Both the position numbers and the translations under genes were made by a program. This document shows, piece after piece, positions 45,003 through 64,000 of a stretch of DNA of 64,000 nucleotides; position 1 is the first letter of the stretch, and each line of letters starts with the position of its first letter. The stretch spans positions 10,606,243 through 10,670,242 of the forward strand of contig CAVNZM010000009.1 in NCBI GenBank assembly GCA_963693365.1. The letters are read 5' to 3'. Under the pieces are notes generated by a model that saw only the letters and a program-made list of their open reading frames with translations, searched no databases and was not told where the DNA came from. The stretch is from Amoebidium appalachense. Its lineage: Eukaryota > Protista > Ichthyosporea.

Positions 45003-45005
45003 TCC

Positions 45006-45359
45006 TGTTGGAATACGTCACTACGTAGTACAGCAAGAGTCTTGAAGTATGTGTGTGTGTCTTGGTCTTGTTTGTATTCGTGTCTGCTCTTCTTCTTTGT
45101 GCTCTCCCCCTTCTCTCCCTTTTGCTCTCTTCTCATCTCTCTCTCCTCCCCCCCCCCCCCCCCCCCCCCCCCCCTGTATCTCTCTCCCCCTTGTTTCTCT
45201 GTGCACAGATATCTGAAGATCTGTGCACACCTGGCCCCCTTGCCTGATAGGACTTATTGCATTTTATCTGTGTTTGTGTTTTGCTCTCCTCTGCCTGATA
45301 GGACTTATTGCATTTTATCTGTGTTTGCTCTCCTCTGTTTTTCTGAGAGTAGCGTGATT
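45006..45359 (+). mobile_element. Partial LTR (5' ~350 bp) of the Copia family at 34065/35327, opposite orientation
   Basis: Starts TGTTGGAATACGTCACTACGTA; reverse complement of about 35930-36266; carries an internal duplication of TGCCTGATAGGACTTATTGCATTTTATCTGTGTTTG. Confidence 0.88.
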
Positions 45360-46033
45360 AAGGCACTTTAACGAATTTTTTGAGGCAAATTTACATTTAC
45401 TAAGTAAAATTGTATAACGTTATGCAGGTTTGAGCATAATGCACGTTTCAAAAAATTAAAAATGGAATAACTGTGGTTTCCGGCTCGAAACCTCAGTTCG
45501 TATCAACGAGTAGTAGATATGTTTGTAGTTAGATTTCAGTAATGAAACTAATATAAAAATATATACGAGTTGTACAAGTGAGAGATAAATAATAGTTTAT
45601 CATTTCTGAGCTGTTGGATTTATTTTCATTGCTGTCAGAGAGTTGTTTTGAGAGATAATGCTATTTCTGTTCAAATATCTTCTGGTTTGTTTAAGACAGC
45701 CAAACCTAGAGTGTGATTGGCTGTCGTGTCTAACAAGATGTCATAGACGTTGAACCGTGCCCTGCAGGCAAAAAGGTCGACGTCTTCGAGTAATACATTG
45801 AATTGTTTCCACAGTTGTTTCTGTGCAAGTCGGATGAACTCCTTGGTTGTGTCAAGCATGTAGCGTCTCCATCCTTGTGCTGAAGTTGTGTTCAGTCACA
45901 ACACCCTGTGCACTCTGTTAGATACCACTCATCAGTCAAATAGAATTTTGACACTCTCTCTAGATCTCTAGCTCTCAGGCTCCCTCATCTATAGCTAGCT
46001 GGATCTAGATCTCTCTCTTTCCCCGTCTAGCGG

Positions 46034-46104
<71 letters not shown>

Positions 46105-46181
46105 CCTCTCGCTTTCTCTCCCCCCCTTCCCCCCCCTCATCCCCTCCCTCCTCTCTCTCTTTCTCTGTGTGTGTCACAGTA

Positions 46182-46276
<95 letters not shown>

Positions 46277-46517
46277 ACGCGCGCGGGCATTGCGCAGTAC
46301 ACGACTGAGAACACAATACAGATGTTGCAGAGCACACGCGTACGCAAGTAAAGAAATTATGCCTTGAGTAGTTGGAGCGGAGGAGCCCACGATCCGGCAG
46401 CTCACTCACAGGAAGCGACGGTACCTGAGGCTGTATTTCGACCCATTCACCTTGGTCAACACATCCCAACGTTAACTCACGTGTGTGTGTGTGTGCGTGT
46501 GTTAGGGGGAAAGGGGG

Positions 46518-46549
<32 letters not shown>

Positions 46550-46935
46550 ACAATACACCAACGAGCTGTTACAGCGACCACATTATTTACTGTCTTCTTT
46601 TCTCCGGACATATGCACCACCATCGCCCATGATCCAACCACATTAGATACAGCAGCTTCTTTCGTGTTTTGTTTCTAGAAGTTCGTTGTTTCAACTCGTG
46701 TAAATGCAGTATTGGCGTACAACTCCATTCCGTGCTCCTCAATCCCAGACAATCATAACACATTTTTTTCTCTATTTACTTTCTGTGACACAAGCTCACA
46801 CCTAAAAACGAACATTTCACATTTGACAATCTCCAAAATATACAAACAACCTTAACAATCACGCCCCCACCACCCTCCCATGTTCCCACTACCCATGAAC
46901 TCTCTGGAACCTTCTAGACCCCACGTGTGTACTAA

Positions 46936-56823
<9,888 letters not shown>

Positions 56824-58509
56824 GGTGCGTGTGGGCACAGGACCTAGCCTACCATAGAGAGGAGGAGCGAGGGATGCGTGAGTTGGATCTGAGGGTAGTT
56901 AGTGCACGCAGGGGGTTATGCAAACGGCGTAAAAGGGTGGCATAAACAGGCGAGGCTGAATAATAAGGTAACTTGAAAGAGTGCTTGCAGGCTAGGCTAT
57001 AACCTCTCTGCAAAGAAGCAACTATAAGGCAATTACCAAACACAGTTTTGTTCAGAACAGGGGAAAACTGAGGGCCTCGGTCTCTTGATTTTTGTTTTTT
57101 TTGGACCTACGAACGAAGAGATGTCTCCCTAAACCGCATGGCTCATGACTCAAGATCATTCACCTGATCTGGCAAGAGAAGGAGAGATGACAGACTTGAA
57201 ACAGAGTTATAAGTGATAGAGATCCCTATCTCCTTACATATAAAGAATAAAAAATATGTATGGTAAGTTGCTAATATATTGCAATATGACACTAATAGGC
57301 ACTTAGAGTTAAGTTTAGAAAGTGGCGTTAGGTTGGCGACGATTGGTCCAAATGGCACACTTGTAGAATCCCCAAGTCACAAAGCAAAATACCTACGTAT
57401 GAAAATCGTTTTGATACCAAACGAGAAGTGAAAAGTATACAAAATAACACAAAAAAATAATAATGATGCAGAATAATCAGTTGAAGAGATAAAATAGTTT
57501 TGCTTACTGTCGGAACGAGCCTCACTTTGCAATGTGCCTAAAGCCAAATTCCATCAATCAACTTCTTCGCTCACTTTCTCCCCAAATCAAGGAGGACGCT
57601 AAAATCACAAAGATGATATTGCGGAAGCTGAGCACTGGCATCTGGCCAGAACTCGAGCACCCGGCCTGGCCAAGCACATAGCCAATGTAGCAGGGAGGAA
57701 AGGAGGGAGAAAGGGAGAAACTCAAGGAGGGGGAGAGGGAGGGAGGAAAAGGCATAAGGAGTGAGGGAGAGAGGTACGGAGATAGGGAGGGAGTGGGGAG
57801 GTACTAGTGAGGGAGGTAGGGTGGGGTTGGAAGGGAAGGAAGGTTATCAGGAAGAAGTAAGAGAGAGACACGAGACATGGCATTAGGGGAGGGAAGGGAG
57901 GGAGAAAAGGGGGTGGAGAGGGAGGGAGGGAGGGGGATAGGGTGGGAGGTAGAGAGGTAGGGAGGTAGGGAGGGAGTGGGGAGGTACTAGGGATGGACGT
58001 AGGGTGGGATTGGGAGGGAGAGAGACAGTTCAGGAAGGCGCTACGGAGGCAATACGCGTTGCTGTTAAGCTGGGACAGTTTTGTTGTATTCTTTCGTTTG
58101 AAGGAGCGCCGTACCTTGAATCCAATCCGACACATCAATCTCTTCGTGTATAGGCCCTTGTGTTCTTAACTGTGGGTTGCTTTGGTGATAAAGGCGTATA
58201 CACTGTGCATTATTTACACACGGTCTGGATTAGAGGATGGGGACATAAAAAGGTGCGTGCATACCGTATGAGAAAAGGTGCGAATAAATCAGGATCTATT
58301 TGTTCAGGTTTCGAGTCTACCTTGGTAGTAGAAACTGTCGTGTCTGGTCGGTGAAACCTGTGACTACTATGTCTGGGCAGGGTTAACTACAATAAACAGC
58401 CTTTTTAGTGGTCTTTTTGTGGCTTCTTGCTCAGCTCCCCGCAGGTCTTGCGCATGCAGGTGGTGTCTGCAGCAGGCTACGTGCATGCACGGCACGGCTC
58501 GCACGTCCA

Positions 58510-61168
58510 CTAGCCTGCTGAGGGTGTGCCTGAGGGTGGCTGTGTGCTCTCAAAAGGTGGCTGGGGTACGTCACTGTCGTTACGAGGGCGCTTGGAGTGG
58601 CGATCAAACCCGCACACCTTGCAGGTTGTGACTGTGGCCGGCAACCACCACCGACACACACTGCAAACCCACTGCTCCACTGCTGCTTGACCGGAAAGTG
58701 AGTGGCCTTGGGGGTTTGTCGTTTGTTGGTCCGGGTCACTTTCGTCGTGGGGACGTCGACGCTTGGCTGCCAGCGGCGGTGTGGGCGTGTCTGTGACAGC
58801 CCTGTTGTCTTGCCCTGCCAAAGAGAGTGAACCGGAGTGTGTGTTTGTGGTGGTGGCTGCAGTCCTAACGTCCCAGTAACCAGTGGCTGGTCTGCTGTTC
58901 ACTGTTGTGCAGGTCCGTTCCGAGGACATGCCAGTGGTCTGGGCAACGGCTGTGGTCGTGTTGGTGGCTGCACCCACAGAGCCAGAAGACCCACCAAACC
59001 TTCCAAAGGGAGGAGTCGTGCCAAAGGACGTATTGGTGTTGTTGGAAGGATTGGATCCGAAGGCCTGCAATCTCGTTGGGGAGGTGGGCACGGGTGCATA
59101 CTGGTAGAATTCTCCGAGACCATGGGCAAAGGGCGAGTTTGAAGGAGGTGCACCTCGGTTTGGGTGTGTCCCACAGTGTTGGGGAACGGACGGGTTCTGG
59201 GGGATTCCGAAGGACGGGAACGGTCTCACGGTAGGTGGTTGGGTGGTGGGGAAAGAGGGGAACGGTGTCACAATAGATGGTTGGGTGCCGAGGTTAAAGA
59301 AGGGGAACGGTGTCACGGTAGGTGGTTGGGTGCCGAGGCTAAAAGAGGGGAACGGTGTCACGGTAGGTGGTTGGGTGCCGAGGCTAAAAGAGGGGAATGG
59401 TGTCACGGTAGGTGGTTGGGTGGCGGCGTCTCTGGAAAGCGGCTGTGTGGTAGTCGTGGAGAACCCAAACCCCCCAAACCTACTTGCTCCAGCAGGGGCT
59501 TCACCAAACAAGCTGCGGGGGGGTGACCGTGTGTGCCCAAAACCAAAACCAAAAGCAGCTGGGCGCTCACCCAGTGAGGGTGTTTGCTGGGTAGAGAAAT
59601 GGTCGATGGCTAGCAATTGCACGGTGTCTGGGAGAGGGTCACGAGTCACTGAGGGAGGGTGGCGCAGGTTCTGGTCGAGGGTGGAGCTGCTTGACGAGTT
59701 TATCCCCGAGCCTACTTGTGGTGCAACGTGCCAGTTAGCTGTAGATCTCTCACCACAACTCAGTTTTTTGGATCAACATATTTGGGCTCAGTTTCTTGGA
59801 CCAACATATTTGGGCTGCCCTCTCCCAACTAATGAGCCTGCCCCCTATCCAACCTTCTTGCACCGAAGCCCTTACTGAGCTTGGCTTCTTTGGTACATAC
59901 AATAATAGAAACCGGAAACAGCTCCTTTACTTGGTGCCTCTGTGACCTTGCCAATGACCCACTTGTCAGATGCGCATGCTCCAACATGCACATCCCACCT
60001 TCTATCAAGATCCTCATATTTCAAACCTTGCACCACTCGTATTTTCGAGACACAGCTGTTGTGCTTCTACAATATGTGCACGCACACTGTCGTAGCATGC
60101 ACATTACACGCAAACACACACGACCAGAAACCTCTGGCCCCAGATACCTACGTGAAAGTCTCCTAGTCAGTCTGTCGTTTTCGAAGGCCAGGCGCTGGTT
60201 CTGCTTGTTGGCCCTCTCCAGTGCATCCATCAGCAACTGCACATGCTCTTCTTGGGCCTCCTTCATGTGTGTCCCCACTTCGCTCCGCACAAGATCCTCC
60301 ACTTCACAGCCCTCAACAGGGCAGGGCACATTCTCAGAGGCGCACGCCTGGCTGTGTTCTGTGTGAGTTTAGGGGTTAGCTCTTGGTGACATGTACAAGC
60401 AGCAGATCTCGAAAAAAACCACTTGCTTGAAAAACTATCCGGAACCAGGACTCTGAAAACTCCATTTCTCTCATCCCCGTGTCAGGCAATTATAATGCTT
60501 TCAAGCAAGACTGGTTTGCAAAGCTCAAGGTGCTGAGGGCTCTACCCACCTTCGAGTTCACGGCGGGGCACCTGGCCGTCACACAGGGCACACGTGACGA
60601 GCTGGAACGTGCACGTGCGTTTGTGGTCTCCCAGGCGCTCCCTCTCAAACACCTCGTCGCACTCTTCTGCTGGGCAGGGAACGAGCTCCTTGGGACACAC
60701 ACGCAGGTGTTCGCTTAGCGCACCCAGTTTGCAGCGCACTTCACAGCCCTCGTCTTTGTTGATGCAGAACACGTCCAGGTGGTGGTGCAGACGGCGGGCA
60801 AACGGACCAAGTTTCTCTGGTGCTGAGCCTAACTTTACGGGCTTGTTGTCTATGGGGCACACACGGTTTTGCTTGAGGGATTTGTCAATGCATGTCTTGC
60901 AGAACACGTGGCCGCATTCCCGCAGTTCACGGGCGTGGTCAGCAACTGGCACCTCAAGACAGATGACACATGTGAACTCCTCTGCACGAGACTGGTCAAC
61001 AAAAAGCTCGAGATCCAGACTTTCCAAGTTTTCGGTGTATGTTGTTATGGCCATGTTGCCTGTGGGTGTAGGGCTCAGTTGTGGGTTGCTGGTGTTGCTT
61101 GGTGCCTCGTGTTCATGACGTCCAGCACCAGACCGCCCACGAAGGCGAGCTCCCAGAGCTAGGAACAT
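58510..61168 (-). CDS. RING plus TRAF-type zinc-finger protein (probable E3 ligase) with coiled coil, FG-rich tail and C-terminal RanBP2-like zinc finger
   Basis: Exons 60550-61168, 60152-60358, 58510-59738 (both introns phase 1). C3HC3D RING CVIC..CGHVFCKTC..CPID; TRAF fingers CINKDEGC..EHLRVC, CPAEEC..DHKRTC, CALC..EHSQAC, CPVEGC..HMK..H; tail WVCSVC-x10-CKVC. The splice into the last exon is inferred. Confidence 0.8.
59215..59421 (-). repeat. In-frame 45-bp coding repeat (TQPPTVTPFPSFSLG), about 5 copies
   Basis: Seen in DNA and in ORF 58510-59649. Confidence 0.85.
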
Positions 61169-61565
61169 TTGAAATGAAGTCAAAACTGCTACAGTATCCG
61201 TGCACAGGCTCCTAGCAAGAAAAGTCAGTGTGGGGTTTTATCAATGTCGTAGTCGGCGCACATGTAGTTTTCAGTGAACGATGAAAGGTGAACTCATCAC
61301 TGAACTCACCAGGAAGTTTTTGCCCTGCTCCTAGAGCGGTGCGATCCGGATCAATCACGTTGAATCTCTTTTTGGCGCGCAGCCGGCAGATCTCGAGGGC
61401 AAATCACGTGCACGAAAGGTTCACCATGAAAAAAAAATAATTTCTAATGACTTTATAAGGAAAAATCCGGCCATTTCATGCGGCAATAATTCAAGTAGCC
61501 AAAGCCTCCTTGATGATATCCGTACTTTTTTGAGTGTTTGTGTGTGTGTGTGTGTGTGCGCGCGC

Positions 61566-61625
<60 letters not shown>

Positions 61626-61934
61626 ACGTGTGTGTGCGTGTGTGTGCGTATGTGCGCGCGTTTTTGTGTTATGTCTGTGTGTGTTTGTGTGCGAGTGTGT
61701 GCATCCGGCTATTAGAGAAGGGGTGTGCCGATATGGTTCCACAGTTCCCGGACGTGTACACGTGCCTTAACTAATATATTCCCTGGCTCTATGCGCCTTT
61801 CTGTACGAAAATGTGTGCATATATCTGTGTTGGCATTTGGATTTAAAATTTGTGTTCGTTTGTCACTGCCGTGTGTGTGTGTGTGTGTGTGTGTGCACGA
61901 CGTGTGTGTATGTATCACAATGTGTGTGTGCACA

Positions 61935-61976
<42 letters not shown>

Positions 61977-62457
61977 CACGCGTGTGTGTGTGTCCGAGTC
62001 ACGGTGTACGGGGTGTGTGTGTGCCAACCTCCCCCCCCCACACGTGCACGTACACACACACACACACAAAAAAAAAAGAAAGAAACCTCGAACACAGCCC
62101 AGAAAAAGGAACTACTGGCAGAACCGGGGGGGGGGGGGGGGGGGGGGGGGGAACGGGGCCCGGGGAGGGGGAGGGGGGATGGGGGGGGGGGGGGGGGGGG
62201 GGGGGGGAGGGGGGGGGGGGGGGACCCGGGGCTGTGCGAATGTGTGCATGTTTTTGTGTGCGTTTCTGAAAATTTGGTTTTTGTGTTTGTTTGTCATTGG
62301 GCGATTTTGTGTGTGTGTGGTGTGTATATGTGTGCACGTGCGTGTATCACAATGTGTGTGAGGTGTGTGTGTACGTGACACTGTGGCTCACTTGCCCACC
62401 CTCCCCTATCCCATCCCCCTGTTTTGTGAATCCTTTCTCTGGTCTGGCGTTTTTTTT

Positions 62458-62504
<47 letters not shown>

Positions 62505-62741
62505 AGGGGGGAGGGGGGGAGGGGGGGGCAGGGCGGGAGGGGGAAGGGGAGGGGGCTATGCGAAAATGTGTGCATGTGATCGTGTGTACATTCGGATTTT
62601 GTGTCCGTTTTTCGTTGGCCGGGTGTGTTTTTGTACATGGGTGCATGGTGTTTGTGTGCATGTGTGTAATACAATGTGTGTGTGTGTGTGCGCGTGTGTG
62701 TCCATGCCATGGCGCATGGTGTGTGTGCCCCCCCCCCCCCC

Positions 62742-62782
<41 letters not shown>

Positions 62783-63517
62783 GAAAAATAATCCCGCAGC
62801 CCAGGAAAAAAAAAAGGGGGGGGGGGGGGGGGGGTAAGATAATGAACCCTATTTAGCCGAAACTCCTTCAGATTTTAGACCCTAAGCCGTGTATCATACC
62901 TGTTATCTCAAATGTGAGTGACCCCTGTACTGTTCCGCTTGGAGCAAAAAATAATCTGCCAAAAGCAAAAAGCAGGATTACTCTAGCTGCCAGGTTAATC
63001 TATTGAAAATAGACTATTTCTGCGTAAGAAGCTTCGGGCCATTTTTTTTCCTTCTGCCGTGGGGTGCATGATTCTGTGTTTTTGCAGAATAATTCTACTA
63101 ACAGCAGAATAATTCTGCAAACAGCAGAATATTTCGGCTTCTGGCAGAATACTGTTTCCGTTGAGCAACTTGAAGTCGGTATATATCCCTGATGTGCATG
63201 TGTAAGTCTTGCGTGTGTCATTATGCCGGTGTCCGTATACACGTGTGCGTATGTGTACCGCGCATGCCAGTGTGTGTGTGGTGGGTGCGTAGGTTAACAG
63301 TACACATGTATGTACCATAATGATGCGACTGTGCTGACGTCGCCATGGGATTAATTAAATTTACACTGTGGGTTTACACGTCCGCACACACGCGTTTGCG
63401 CCATATTATGTGTCCTAGCATCTGCAGCTGTTACATGTCTGTGCAAATGTATGTGTGTGTATATATGATCGTGTGCACGAATAATCTCGTGAGTGTGTGT
63501 GTGTGACTGTGTGTGTG

Positions 63518-63576
<59 letters not shown>

Positions 63577-64000
63577 CGGCAGTCGTAGCGTGCATTGTGT
63601 GTGAGATGCCACGGTCAGCCGTGCGGTGTGTGTGGATACAGCTCGATGCATATGTGCGTGTATGTATGTGTCTCAGTGCGTGCGCAAGGGGCCACATTTG
63701 ATTGTATTGTTAGCTGCAGCGGTGACAGGAAGCACGGGGCAGATCCACTGGCTCAAACTCGAAATGTGACGCATGCCTTGAAAAACATGGGCTGATTGTG
63801 TACATTTTTCCCTGACCTGGTCGCACATATTCTCGTACAATCGTAATGATGCAAATACTAACAGTATTATTATGGTGTCCACGTGGCTGACTCGTGACAT
63901 ACCACTACACACATGCATTTGTGCACCAAATACCCATGTTATAATACACACAATCATACTTCATTGCCAGTGTGCACATCACCATGCATGGTGCCCGTCG

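Noticed and set aside
57540-57700. hAT transposase dimerisation-domain remnant (LEFW..AQLP..ASS..SER)
   Set aside because: Needs frameshifts and the motif match is too weak to support.
62970-63160. Repeated GCAGAAT words as transposon subterminal repeats
   Set aside because: No TIR or partner end found in the window.

Overview
Repeat-rich, intron-dense eukaryotic DNA. The genes are animal-like but the introns are packed with (CA)n/(GT)n and G/C homopolymers; a unicellular opisthokont/holozoan is a guess, not demonstrable here. Most ORFs in the supplied track are microsatellite artefacts. Spliced host genes reconstructed by hand with GT-AG, phase-consistent exons: Ku80/XRCC5 (- strand, 25 exons, running off the left edge), PDCD4 (- strand, 10 exons), a RING/TRAF-zinc-finger protein whose tail is FG-rich and ends in a RanBP2-type zinc finger (- strand, 3 exons), and a partial + strand gene with a BEN-like domain. 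An intronless Cys-rich secreted-protein gene with one frameshift is also present. Mobile DNA includes an apparently intact two-ORF APE-RT non-LTR retrotransposon plus a 5'-truncated copy, an internally deleted Copia element with related solo/partial LTRs, and two MITE-like elements. The most striking structure is a 2.36-kb tail-to-tail dimer of two different miniature Copia-type LTR elements (TRIMs) bounded by one shared 5-bp target-site duplication (GAGAC), which suggests it was integrated as a single unit through two U3 ends.
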